Virus record (IMG/VR): IMGVR_UViG_2563366799_000004
Coordinates: 1 to 30,453 of that record
Length of the DNA stretch: 30,453 nt
Strand: one strand, 5' to 3'
From: a virus
Lineage: Duplodnaviria; Heunggongvirae; Uroviricota; Caudoviricetes
A model generated the notes under the pieces. The model ran no database searches. It was not told the DNA's origin and saw nothing but the letters and a program-made list of their open reading frames with translations. Below, one piece after another: positions 16,671-25,829 of the stretch (the first letter of the stretch is position 1; each line of letters begins with the position of its first letter). The position numbers were made by a program, and so were the translations under genes.

Positions 16671-17300
16671 ATGAATTTAAACGAACTCTATCGCCTTATC
16701 TGCAATCTCGCCCGCATTGGCACCGTGCTGGAAGTGGATACGGAAAAGTATCTTGCACGCGTCGAAACCGGCGAGAACAAAACCGACTGGATCCGCTGGG
16801 CAGTGCCGCGCGCCGGTGAAGCCGTGACGTGGTGGGCGCCGACAGTGGGCGAACAGGTTTATATTTTGTGCCCCTGCGGTGAGATGGAGACGGCATTCAT
16901 TGCCGGAAGCCTTTACAGCGAAGACGCACCGCCGCCAGATGCTGGCGCTACCACCTGCGTGATCCTGCACCCGGATGGCGCCCGTATTTCATATGACCCG
17001 GAGGCCAGCGCGCTGGTTGTCAGCGGGGTAAAAACGGCAAGCGTCACCGCGTCGGAATCCATTACCGCCACCGTGCCGGTGGTAACGGTCAAGGCAGATA
17101 CGCGCGTTACCCTGGACACGCCGGAAGTGGTCTGCACCAACAAGCTGATCACCGCCACGCTGGAAGTGCAAAAGGGCGGGGAAATGAAGGGCAATATTAC
17201 CCATTCAGGCGGATCGCTTTCGTCTAATGGTGTCGTTGTCCATTCTCACAAACATAGCGGCGTCCAGTACGGTGGTAGTAATACAGGTGGCCCGGTATGA
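16671..17300 (+). CDS. V: Baseplate assembly / spike protein V
   Basis: 209 aa; gpV-like N-terminal domain; first gene of the V-W-J-I-H-G block. Confidence 0.85.
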   Translation: MNLNELYRLICNLARIGTVLEVDTEKYLARVETGENKTDWIRWAVPRAGEAVTWWAPTVGEQVYILCPCGEMETAFIAGSLYSEDAPPPDAGATTCVILHPDGARISYDPEASALVVSGVKTASVTASESITATVPVVTVKADTRVTLDTPEVVCTNKLITATLEVQKGGEMKGNITHSGGSLSSNGVVVHSHKHSGVQYGGSNTGGPV

Positions 17301-17659
17301 GTACAGTCCGTTACAGCGGCATGAATGCCAGTTCAGGCCATGCCATCACCGACAACGAGCATATAGCGCAGTCTATCGGCGATATTCTGTTAACGCCGAT
17401 CGGTTCCCGTGTAATGCGCCGCGCTTACGGTTCGCAGCTTTTCAACCTGATAGATCAGCCGGTCGATAACGCCATAACGAAGCTGCGCGTTATGTCTGCC
17501 ATCTACAGCGCCCTGTATTTATGGGAACCGCGGATCTCTCTGACCAGTATCACCCTGAGCGCGCCGGGTGCCGGTCGGCTGGTTGCCACTATCCAGGCCA
17601 ATCGCACCGACAATCAGACGCCATTTAACGCTGATATTACATTGAGGGGCCAGGCATGA
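17297..17659 (+). CDS. W: Baseplate wedge protein W (GPW/gp25 family)
   Basis: 120 aa; overlaps V stop; conserved position. Confidence 0.85.
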   Translation: MSTVRYSGMNASSGHAITDNEHIAQSIGDILLTPIGSRVMRRAYGSQLFNLIDQPVDNAITKLRVMSAIYSALYLWEPRISLTSITLSAPGAGRLVATIQANRTDNQTPFNADITLRGQA

Positions 17660-18567
17660 GCGGCACGATCGATTTATCGCAGCTACCGCCGCCCGTGGTG
17701 GTTGAACCGCTGGACTTCGAAACGCTTTTCGCGCAGCGCAAGGCGGCATTTATTGCGATGTACCCGGAAGACGAGCAGGAAGAGATCGCCCGCACGCTTG
17801 AGCTTGAATCGGAGCCGATCACCATGCTGCTGGAAGAGAATTGCTATCGCGAATTGCTGTTGCGCCAGCGGGTGAATGAAGCAGCCCGCGCGGTGATGCT
17901 GGCTTATTCCACGGATAGCGATCTGGATAATCTGGCGGTCAATTTCAACGTTGAACGTCTGACCATTCAGGAAGAAGACGACAGCGTTACACCGCCAATT
18001 GAAGCCGTGATGGAGTCAGACCCAGATTTACGCACGCGTACCCAGCAGGCTTTTGAAGGTCTGAGCGTGGCCGGGCCAACTGCGGCGTATGAATTTTGGG
18101 GGCGTTCAGCAGACGGGCGCGTAGCTGATATTTCGGCGGTGAGTCCTACGCCTGCCTGCGTCACCATTTCGGTGCTGTCGCGCGAAGGTGACGGAACGGC
18201 CAGCGATGATCTGCTTTCCGTGGTCGCTGCTGCCCTGAACGATGAAGAAGTGCGCCCGGTGGCCGACAGGGTAACGGTGCAGTCTGCGGAGATCGTGCCG
18301 TATCAGATTGATGCAACGCTTTACATCTATCCGGGGCCGGAAGCTGAACCCGTCCGGCAGGCATCGGAACAGCAGTTACAGGCGTATATTGCCGCGCAGA
18401 ATCGCTTAGGGCGCGATATCCGTCTTTCAGCTATCTACGCCGCCCTGCACGTCGAAGGCGTCCAGCGCGTGGAACTGGCGCAGCCTGTTGCGGATATTGT
18501 GCTGAGTGACTACCAGGCATCGCACTGCACCGAATACACCATAACGGTGGGTGGTTACGATGAGTAA
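17656..18567 (+). CDS. J: Baseplate protein J
   Basis: 303 aa; overlaps W stop; gpJ-like. Confidence 0.85.
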   Translation: MSGTIDLSQLPPPVVVEPLDFETLFAQRKAAFIAMYPEDEQEEIARTLELESEPITMLLEENCYRELLLRQRVNEAARAVMLAYSTDSDLDNLAVNFNVERLTIQEEDDSVTPPIEAVMESDPDLRTRTQQAFEGLSVAGPTAAYEFWGRSADGRVADISAVSPTPACVTISVLSREGDGTASDDLLSVVAAALNDEEVRPVADRVTVQSAEIVPYQIDATLYIYPGPEAEPVRQASEQQLQAYIAAQNRLGRDIRLSAIYAALHVEGVQRVELAQPVADIVLSDYQASHCTEYTITVGGYDE

Positions 18568-19174
18568 TGACCTGTTACCACCCAGCGCCAGCCGAATGGA
18601 GCGCGTCGCCGCGCGCGTCTGTGCGTCGTTGGGTGAAGTGCCCGTGCCGCTGCGCCAGTTGTGGAACCCGTGGACGTGTCGGGCTGATCTGTTGCCCTAT
18701 CTGGCGTGGGCCTTCTCCGTTGATCGCTGGGATGAGGCCTGGCCGATAAACACAAAACGAAAGGCGGTGGCCGATGCGTTTTACCTGCATAAGTACAAGG
18801 GTACAACGGGCGCCATGCGCCGGGTTGTGGAGCCGTTCGGCTTCTTCATCCGGGTTAACGAGTGGTGGAACATCGACACCGCACCGGGCACCTTCACGCT
18901 GGATATTGGCGTGGAAGACCAGGGCATTAGTGAAGAAACCTATCAGGAACTTGAACGCCTGATCGCCGATGTGAAGCCGTGCAGCCGTCATATGCTGGGA
19001 ATGTCTCTTCACCTGCAAACAACCGGCGATCTGTATATCGGCGCGGGCAGTTATTCCGGCGATACGCTAACCGTGTACCCGTATTTTCCTGAAACCATAG
19101 CCGTGGGCGGTGATGATTACACCGGGGCGGCAATCCATTTAATTGACACCGTGGAGATCGCAAGTGGCGACTAA
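18560..19174 (+). CDS. I: Baseplate/tail protein I
   Basis: ATG 18560 overlapping J stop (track start 18551 is GTG); gpI-like. Confidence 0.8.
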   Translation: MSNDLLPPSASRMERVAARVCASLGEVPVPLRQLWNPWTCRADLLPYLAWAFSVDRWDEAWPINTKRKAVADAFYLHKYKGTTGAMRRVVEPFGFFIRVNEWWNIDTAPGTFTLDIGVEDQGISEETYQELERLIADVKPCSRHMLGMSLHLQTTGDLYIGAGSYSGDTLTVYPYFPETIAVGGDDYTGAAIHLIDTVEIASGD

Positions 19175-20456
19175 ATATTATGCCGTGCTAACCAATGTGG
19201 GCGCGGCGAAACTGGCAAATGCCACGGCATTGGGTGCGCAGGTTGAAATCACCCAGATGGCTGTAGGCGATGGTAACGGCGTGTTGCCGACGCCGAACCC
19301 GGCACAAACGGCGCTGGTTCATGAGCTGCGCCGCAAGCCGCTTAATAGTCTGAGCATTGACCCGAATAACGCCAACCAGATTATTGCCGAGCAGGTGATA
19401 CCTGAAGACGAGGGCGGGTGGTGGATCCGTGAAATCGGTTTATTCGATAAAGACGGCGATATGATTGCCGTAGCCAACTGTGCGGAAACGTATAAGCCGC
19501 AGTTACAGGAGGGAAGCGGGCGCGTACAGGTTGTACGCATGATCCTGATTGTCAGCAGCACCGCTGCCGTAACGCTGAAAATTGACCCTTCGGTAGTTCT
19601 GGCAACCCGACAGTATGTTGATGATCAGATCATCCAGGTGAAAAGCTATGTTGATCAGAAAATGGCAGCGCATGTAGCTGCGGCTGATCCGCATAAACAA
19701 TACGCACCAAAAGAAAGTCCCGCTCTTACTGGCAGGCCGACTGCGCCAACGGCGGAAGGCAAAGATAGTTCTACTCAAATTGCAAATACAGCTTTCGTTC
19801 AGGCTGCTATTGCTGCTTTGGTTGGCTCTTCGCCTGAAGCGCTGGATACGCTGAATGAACTTGCTGCGGCTTTGGGTAATGATCCTAACTTTGCTACCAC
19901 CGTAACAAATTCACTCGCTGGAAAGATGGATAAATCGGCAAATGGTTCAGACATAGAAAACGTTTCTGTTTTTCTACAAAACCTTCGTTTGGGAGCAGGC
20001 GCACCAGCTATCGGTATTCCGTTCTTCTGGCCGTCCTCGGCGATGCCCAATACGGTAATGACTGAATGGGCTGATATGGTGTTTCTGAAGTTCAACGGAG
20101 CCACATTCTCAGCGTCGAATTATCCAAAACTCGCTCTGGTGTTTCCTGCATTAACACTGCCTGAATCACGGGGTGAATTTCTTCGTATCTGGGATGACGG
20201 GCGCGGAGTTGATGCAGGCCGCGGCCTGTTAAGCGCTCAGGGTTATGCCTATCAAAGCCACTCGCACCGATTGCTCATGAGCGCAGGTAGCGCAGGGAGC
20301 GGCAATGTTATTGGTATTGATGGTAGTTTAAATGGAACGCTCACTTACAACATTAACCAACCAGGCGGCGGGCAAATTCAGGCGATTGAAAATGCAGGCG
20401 GCACCGAAACACGCCCACGTAACATTGCATTCAACTTTTTAGTAAGGGCTAAATAA
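19164..20456 (+). CDS. H: Tail fibre protein H (short variant, ~430 aa)
   Basis: N-terminus (KYYAVLTNVGAAKLANA...MAVGDGNG) matches the conserved P2 H baseplate-attachment region; start set at GTG 19164 with GGAG SD; C-terminal half divergent. Confidence 0.8.
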   Translation: MATKYYAVLTNVGAAKLANATALGAQVEITQMAVGDGNGVLPTPNPAQTALVHELRRKPLNSLSIDPNNANQIIAEQVIPEDEGGWWIREIGLFDKDGDMIAVANCAETYKPQLQEGSGRVQVVRMILIVSSTAAVTLKIDPSVVLATRQYVDDQIIQVKSYVDQKMAAHVAAADPHKQYAPKESPALTGRPTAPTAEGKDSSTQIANTAFVQAAIAALVGSSPEALDTLNELAAALGNDPNFATTVTNSLAGKMDKSANGSDIENVSVFLQNLRLGAGAPAIGIPFFWPSSAMPNTVMTEWADMVFLKFNGATFSASNYPKLALVFPALTLPESRGEFLRIWDDGRGVDAGRGLLSAQGYAYQSHSHRLLMSAGSAGSGNVIGIDGSLNGTLTYNINQPGGGQIQAIENAGGTETRPRNIAFNFLVRAK

Positions 20457-21049
20457 TGAAACCTGTTTTCGATGAAAATGGACTGGCAACAGAACCGGGT
20501 GAAATCCGGTGCTATTACTACGACGCGGTGACGTTTGAATACATGGGATGGTCTGACGAATATATTAATACTGGCGTAAGTATGCCCGCCTGTTCCACTG
20601 GTATTGATCCTGGCGAAAACATTCCGGGAAGAGTGGCAGTATTTACAGGTAAGGGATGGAGCCATGAAGAAGACCATCGCAATGAGACTGTTTACTCAAT
20701 CGAAAATGGCGCAGCTGTTACAGTGGATTATATCGGTGCCATCAAAGACGGTTATGTCACGATTTCACCGTTAACGCCATACGATAAATGGGATGGTGAG
20801 AAATGGGTGACAGACACTGAGGCACAACACAGTGCCGCAGTAGACGCGGCAGAAGCACAGCGCCAGTCACTGATTGATGCAGCAATGGCTTCCATTAGTC
20901 TGATTCAGCTGAAATTACAGGCCGGGCGGAAACTGACGCAGGCAGAAACAACCCGACTTAACATTGTGCTGGATTACATTGACGCGGTGACGGCAACAGA
21001 TACCAGCACCGCGCCTGATGTCATCTGGCCTGAACTGCCGGAGGCGTAG
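20456..21049 (+). CDS. G: Tail fibre assembly chaperone G (Tfa family)
   Basis: 197 aa; ATG overlaps H stop (TAATG); C-terminus ...DTSTAPDVIWPELPEA is the Tfa signature. Confidence 0.85.
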   Translation: MKPVFDENGLATEPGEIRCYYYDAVTFEYMGWSDEYINTGVSMPACSTGIDPGENIPGRVAVFTGKGWSHEEDHRNETVYSIENGAAVTVDYIGAIKDGYVTISPLTPYDKWDGEKWVTDTEAQHSAAVDAAEAQRQSLIDAAMASISLIQLKLQAGRKLTQAETTRLNIVLDYIDAVTATDTSTAPDVIWPELPEA

Positions 21050-21260
21050 GCCATTCAATATCGGGTGCTGTTGACGTATCAACACGCATCAGCAGCACAC
21101 GGTATTTCTTCCATTGGGTGAGAGTTGAAGTTTCTTCATCAGTTGCGATACCAGCATCAACAGCATCCTGTCGCCAGGATATTTCAGCATCTGCTTTTGC
21201 ACGAAGGGTGGCTTTCATGTTTGCAGCGTCGGATTTTTGTTGTTCTGGCGTTCGCGGTGG
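21021..21260 (-). pseudogene. Truncated tail fibre assembly (Tfa) C-terminal fragment, convergent with G
   Basis: Minus-strand frame ends ...YRVLLMRVDTSTAPDIEWPTPP, the Tfa C-terminal signature; N-terminal half absent; the first ~30 codons of track ORF 21021..21347 read through the repeat element and are not Tfa-like. Confidence 0.65.
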
Positions 21261-21313
21261 TTCATCAACCCCAGCGACCAGAGATAAGAATTCCGGCACG
21301 CATGGCCGGTTAT

Positions 21314-21385
21314 AACCGTGCTGGCCGTGTGTATCGAGTACGATCACTTTTAACGGTGCTGTAGCACGGTCAGTTATGGTGGTGT
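21314..21385 (+). repeat. ~70-bp repeat element, copy B (partner at 14791..14862)
   Basis: AACCGTGCTGGCCGTG(T/C)GTATCGAG... shared with copy A; nested stem ACCGTGCT/AGCACGGT. Confidence 0.7.
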
Positions 21386-21400
21386 ATTACGGAAGACGAA

Positions 21401-21423
21401 GCGGGCAATGGCCCGCTTTTCTT
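21401..21423 (+). terminator. Rho-independent terminator between G and U
   Basis: GCGGGC-caat-GGCCCGC hairpin followed by TTTTCTT on the plus strand; abuts the U stop codon. Confidence 0.6.
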
Positions 21424-21871
21424 ATATCGAAAGGTTGGTTTTCACCAGAGAGAAGAGATCGTCGGTGGTGGTTTCAGCCAGCTTTTCCCGTATGTCCTCG
21501 CTTACCCGTTTCAGGTTGAGCGTGAAATCAATTTTCTTTGCCTTCCCGTCCTTAAAAAACTCCGTCCGGTTTTGCGTGATCTGCTCAATTACATACATGC
21601 CGTAGATCCTGCCCGTGCCTTCTATCAGGGGCCACGGGCGCCCGGAAAAAGCCATAGTTTCCAGCATGACAAGCGACACATCACCGCCGCTTATTTCGGG
21701 GTACAGCGTGCCGCTGAGTACGAACGGTTCTTCATCTGCGCCGATGAACTGATAGCGCGGGGATTTCCCCACGCGATCGTTTTTGACGTGCCGCCAGGAG
21801 TTGGTTTTATTCGCACTCTGGTAAGGTGTGGTTTGCAGTGAAAAGGGGAACATCCCCAGAATCATCATCAT
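21422..21871 (-). CDS. U: Tail protein U
   Basis: 149 aa; immediately downstream of T on the minus strand, as U follows T in P2. Confidence 0.8.
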   Translation of the reverse strand: MMMILGMFPFSLQTTPYQSANKTNSWRHVKNDRVGKSPRYQFIGADEEPFVLSGTLYPEISGGDVSLVMLETMAFSGRPWPLIEGTGRIYGMYVIEQITQNRTEFFKDGKAKKIDFTLNLKRVSEDIREKLAETTTDDLFSLVKTNLSI

Positions 21872-21880
21872 GATATTGCC

Positions 21881-24826
21881 TTAGACGTGATCGGTCAGTT
21901 GGGAGCGCTTGCGCCGGTCGGCCTGTTGCTTCGCTAACGCAAGTTCTTCGCGCACGCGCCTGATAATGGTTTCTTCATCCAGTTTCTGGCCGCTAAAGTC
22001 GAAGTTAAGGTTATATACATCGCCACCCGGAGCAGGCATCAGCGCAGCGACGGAAGCCGCAGACGGAGACGCCGAAACAGGCATCCGTGCGGCGGGCTTC
22101 TCAACCTGCCAAGGCGTAACGGAAGCGATCAGCGATCCGGCCTGCTGCGTCACCCAATCGGTAAGGGATGGTAGCTGGCGCTGCGCCTGCTTAAGCGGTT
22201 CCGAATATCCGCCACGGATCGGGATATAGGGCTGCTTATTCTTGAAGACAATTTCGCCGGGGCCGTCTTTCTTCTCCGTGGTATTGGTGGCGATCTTGTC
22301 CAGGCTGTTGCTCATCTTCGGCACGATGTTGGCCGGGCCTTTGAGCGAGTTAATTAAGCTTTCCTGCTTTTTCTGCTGGTCAATGGCCTGCTGTTGCTTC
22401 TGGTTGGTTTTCTTCTGCTGATCGTCTTTCGGCGACCAGTTCCAACCCTTTTTAACCATTTTCTTTTGCTGCGGATCCCACTCCCAGACAACAGGGTCTT
22501 TGTGCATACTTTCCGCAGCTTGCTGCGCTGCTTTTGTTGCGTCGGGGATGGCGCCGAGTTTCTCAAGTATCCATCCAATCCCGTTAGCGACGGCTTGAAT
22601 AGGTAGCGTCAGCGCGCTAATTGCGGCCCCTACAACCTTGCCGAACGTTTCCCCGGCACTGGTGCAGGATGCCAGCGCTTCACTGGAAAACTGGATCGGT
22701 TCCAGCAGTTTGGTAAACCATTCCCAGACCCCACTGATCGCGTTGCCGATACTGTCAAAAATCGGGGCCAGTGGTGCAAATACGGCGTTAAATGCCTGCG
22801 TGATTGGTTGAAGGCCAGTCATCAGGCCGGTAAAGAAGCCGCTGAAAAACGCCTGTATGGGTTGCCAGAATTTAATGACGGCCACTGCTGCCGCAGCAAA
22901 GAGCGCAATCAGCCCCCAGACGGGCGCAGAAATACCAGCCAGTAGAGTAATAAGCGGGCCGAATACCATGCGACCGGCGCTTAATAATGCCTGCATAGGC
23001 GAGCCAGCAAGCCACTGGAACGCACCACCAAGGCGCATTACTCCGCCAGTCAGCCGCGCTATTCCTCCTTCCCCGGCCAGCGTGGTGAAGCTGAGGCGAA
23101 CAAGTGCCATCGGGCCCAGCACTGCGCCGATGGACAGCATCAGGCCACCCACGACAACCAGCAACGCGCCTATGGCTGCGGTGACTTTCATGATTGAACC
23201 AACCAGCGCCGGGTTTGCCTCAACCCAACGCCGGACGCTGCCAACCACCTTACTGACGGTAAGCATGATATCCATCAGCGGTTCGCGGAGCGTTTCCCCT
23301 GCTGAACTGAATGCGTTAACCGCGCCGGTTTTGGTCAGTTGCCACTGAGCAGAAAGGGAGTCTTTATTGATATCGGATTCCCGATTCATGGAACCTTTAG
23401 CGGCAGCACCCTGCGTCAGTTCGATCTGGCGCCGAAGTTCGGGCAGGTTGTTCGCAAGTTTCTGTGCATCATCCCCGAACTCTTTACCGAAAATCTGGGT
23501 AAGGTTGGCTACCTGCTTATCTGGTGCAAGTTTTTTGGACGCTTCCAGCACTGAAATGATCGTGCCCATCGCGTCCACTGACATGCTTTTCTGGACTTTC
23601 TCAGCATTGACGCCGATCTCATCCAGAGCACCCAAAAATTTATCGCTTTGTACTGTGGCGATCGACAGTTCACGCACCATTGCATTGGTGGCGCTGGCTG
23701 CAACTTCGGCAGGTGATCCAAGCGTCAGAAAGGTGGAGCCCAGCGCGGCGGCTTGCTTGTAATCCAGTTGGCTGGCAAGCCCGCCAACGCGCTGGAGCAC
23801 GTCGATAATATCGGAGCCTTTCGACTTCGCGTTATCGTCCAGGTAGTTTATGGCGTCGCCCAACTGTTCAATATTCTGGGTAGGGATTTTATACAGCCCG
23901 GCAATCTTACCGAGACTTTCAGAAAGCTGATCGGCGGGCAGTTCAAAGGCTACCGAAGCCTTTGCCGCCATGCTGGCAAAAGCCAGCAGATCGGCTTTTT
24001 GCTTTTGCCACGGATCATTGCTGTTTGCGACGCCCATACGCGCGCCACCTTCGACCAGTGCGGCATAGTCAACAGCACCGTTTGCCATTGGCAGCTTTTC
24101 GCTGGCATCCATGATCGCCCGCTGCATTTCTTCATATTGCGGGGTGCGGTTGCCGCTGTCGTCACGCAAGCCGTTTACCTGTTTGGCTACGCCCTTCATT
24201 GCGTCTTCAAGGCTGCTGTAGGATTTAACCGCAGCGGCGACAGGTGCTAGGGTTGCCGCCCCTACTGCGGCGGTTTTCATCCCCCCGCTCATCATCTTTT
24301 CGCCGGTTTCTTTGGCGCGGCTGTAACGGGCCTGCGCCTGGTTAACAGCGTCAAGCCGTCGCTGCTGTTCGGCAAGCTGGCGGTTGTATTGCGCGGTGCG
24401 CTGGTTGATCTGTTCCGTCGCCCGGCTGGCGCTGCTGATCGCAATGCCTTCGCTGTAGAAGCTGGCCCGCAACTGGTTAAGCTGTGTCTGCTCGCCTTTC
24501 TGCTGCTGGGTTAACTGGCGAATGGCTGCACGTTGCTGATTGAGGGCGGCAACCTGTTCGGCGCTGCGCTGGCGTAACGGGCCATAGGCCGCCGCCATTT
24601 GCCGGGCCTGTTCTTTCGCCTGGGCCAGTTGTTCGGTGGTTTTTTTATTGGCTGCGGTGAGGCGGTCAAAGCTGGTTGCCTGACGCTCAAGCCCTTTAAT
24701 GCTGGTTTTAGTCTGGTTGATTTGAGACGCCAACGCGGCGGCACTCTGGCGCGCCGCGTTGACAGGGCGGGACATATTATTCAGGGCGCTGAATGCCACC
24801 CTGATATTTAAATTGCGGTCTGCCAT
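21881..24826 (-). CDS. T: Tail tape measure protein T
   Basis: 981 aa; Ala/Gln-rich coiled-coil N-terminal part, Gly/Ala-rich hydrophobic central segments; follows E/E'. Confidence 0.9.
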   Translation of the reverse strand: MADRNLNIRVAFSALNNMSRPVNAARQSAAALASQINQTKTSIKGLERQATSFDRLTAANKKTTEQLAQAKEQARQMAAAYGPLRQRSAEQVAALNQQRAAIRQLTQQQKGEQTQLNQLRASFYSEGIAISSASRATEQINQRTAQYNRQLAEQQRRLDAVNQAQARYSRAKETGEKMMSGGMKTAAVGAATLAPVAAAVKSYSSLEDAMKGVAKQVNGLRDDSGNRTPQYEEMQRAIMDASEKLPMANGAVDYAALVEGGARMGVANSNDPWQKQKADLLAFASMAAKASVAFELPADQLSESLGKIAGLYKIPTQNIEQLGDAINYLDDNAKSKGSDIIDVLQRVGGLASQLDYKQAAALGSTFLTLGSPAEVAASATNAMVRELSIATVQSDKFLGALDEIGVNAEKVQKSMSVDAMGTIISVLEASKKLAPDKQVANLTQIFGKEFGDDAQKLANNLPELRRQIELTQGAAAKGSMNRESDINKDSLSAQWQLTKTGAVNAFSSAGETLREPLMDIMLTVSKVVGSVRRWVEANPALVGSIMKVTAAIGALLVVVGGLMLSIGAVLGPMALVRLSFTTLAGEGGIARLTGGVMRLGGAFQWLAGSPMQALLSAGRMVFGPLITLLAGISAPVWGLIALFAAAAVAVIKFWQPIQAFFSGFFTGLMTGLQPITQAFNAVFAPLAPIFDSIGNAISGVWEWFTKLLEPIQFSSEALASCTSAGETFGKVVGAAISALTLPIQAVANGIGWILEKLGAIPDATKAAQQAAESMHKDPVVWEWDPQQKKMVKKGWNWSPKDDQQKKTNQKQQQAIDQQKKQESLINSLKGPANIVPKMSNSLDKIATNTTEKKDGPGEIVFKNKQPYIPIRGGYSEPLKQAQRQLPSLTDWVTQQAGSLIASVTPWQVEKPAARMPVSASPSAASVAALMPAPGGDVYNLNFDFSGQKLDEETIIRRVREELALAKQQADRRKRSQLTDHV

Positions 24827-25287
24827 TTAGTGATCTCCACCACTGCGCGCAGCCGCCTGATCACGCCATAACAGTATTTCCTGTACCGTCATGGCGTCCA
24901 TCTCTACCGGCCGCCAGTGGAATATGACGGCGATATCTGCCATCAGGTCTTCTATGCGTTCGCAGGGGCATCGGATGATTCGTTGCCCGTATCCGTCGCG
25001 GTCAGATCCGAAGAGGGTTGCAAAAAATCAACCACCGCGTTGGCTAGCTGGCAAAAATCCCAGGTATCCATACGGGCAATCTCATCGGCGGTTAGTGCCG
25101 GAGCGGTAACGCGGGGCAGCAGAATAACCAGCGCGTCATAGTTGGAAGTCAGCACGTCATAGGCTTTTAAGCCGCGCAGTGATCCAGCCTGTTTAAGCAC
25201 GGAAGTGATCGCCACTTCGGTGATTTTGGTCTTACCGCGCGTAATAGGGGCGGTAAGAATAACGGTGTTTTCTTTGGTCTTGCTCAT
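24827..25287 (-). CDS. E: Tail assembly chaperone E and its -1 frameshift product E+E' (slippery site T TTT TTG at plus coords 25021..25027)
   Basis: Zero-frame E = 24952..25287 (111 aa). Minus strand reads GAT TTT TTG at 25029..25021; hand translation of the -1 frame after it gives an open extension (...IAVIFHWRPVEMDAMTVQEILLWRDQAAARSGGDH) ending at a TAA that abuts the T start (TAAATG). Confidence 0.75.
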
Positions 25288-25301
25288 GGTGCCGGGTTTC
25301 C

Positions 25302-25817
25302 TTATAGGCCGATGTTAGCGCGGTGTTTTTCCAGCACATCCACACCGGCAACTTTGTAGATCATGTTGAGCACATCAACTTCGATAATCTCTTCGCCGTT
25401 GATGGTCAGCTTGTAATAGGTGTTTTTCAGGGTGTACTTATGCGAAGTGTCATCCCCGACTTTTGCCGAACCGGGATCCAGTTCAGTGAAGCGGCCACGC
25501 GTCTGGATTTCGCACGGTACAGCGTCGCCGGTTGCGTCGTCCTGATAGGAGCCAGCAAAACGTGTTTGCATCCCGTCCGCAGTGGTAACGCCCCATTTTT
25601 TCAGCAATCCGGCATCCAGACCGCCAAGCGTGATATCCATATCCAGGGCGCCAGCGTCGAAGCCAAGATCCACCGCAACCGAACCCGGCATACCACCCGC
25701 CTGGTAGTCTTCGGTTTTTTTTGTGAGTTTGGCGGGGGTGATTTCCGGCACCATGCCGAAGTAGTTATCCCCGTCAAAGAACATATTGAAATATTTGAGT
25801 TTCTTAGGCAGTGCCAT
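25302..25817 (-). CDS. FII: Tail tube protein FII
   Basis: 171 aa; follows the sheath gene; P2 FII-like. Confidence 0.85.
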   Translation of the reverse strand: MALPKKLKYFNMFFDGDNYFGMVPEITPAKLTKKTEDYQAGGMPGSVAVDLGFDAGALDMDITLGGLDAGLLKKWGVTTADGMQTRFAGSYQDDATGDAVPCEIQTRGRFTELDPGSAKVGDDTSHKYTLKNTYYKLTINGEEIIEVDVLNMIYKVAGVDVLEKHRANIGL

Positions 25818-25829
25818 AAGCGCCCCCGG

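Noticed and set aside
21261-21347. N-terminal ~30 codons of track ORF 21021..21347, as part of an intact 108-aa gene
   Set aside because: These codons read through the copy B repeat and bear no resemblance to Tfa proteins; only the C-terminal part is homologous, so the feature is called a truncated fragment.
21909-24811. Plus-strand ORFs inside the tape measure gene T (e.g. 21909..22229, 22857..23348, 23367..23762, 23753..24250)
   Set aside because: Antisense or alternative-frame ORFs within a long, well-supported gene; Ala/Ser/Arg-rich composition.
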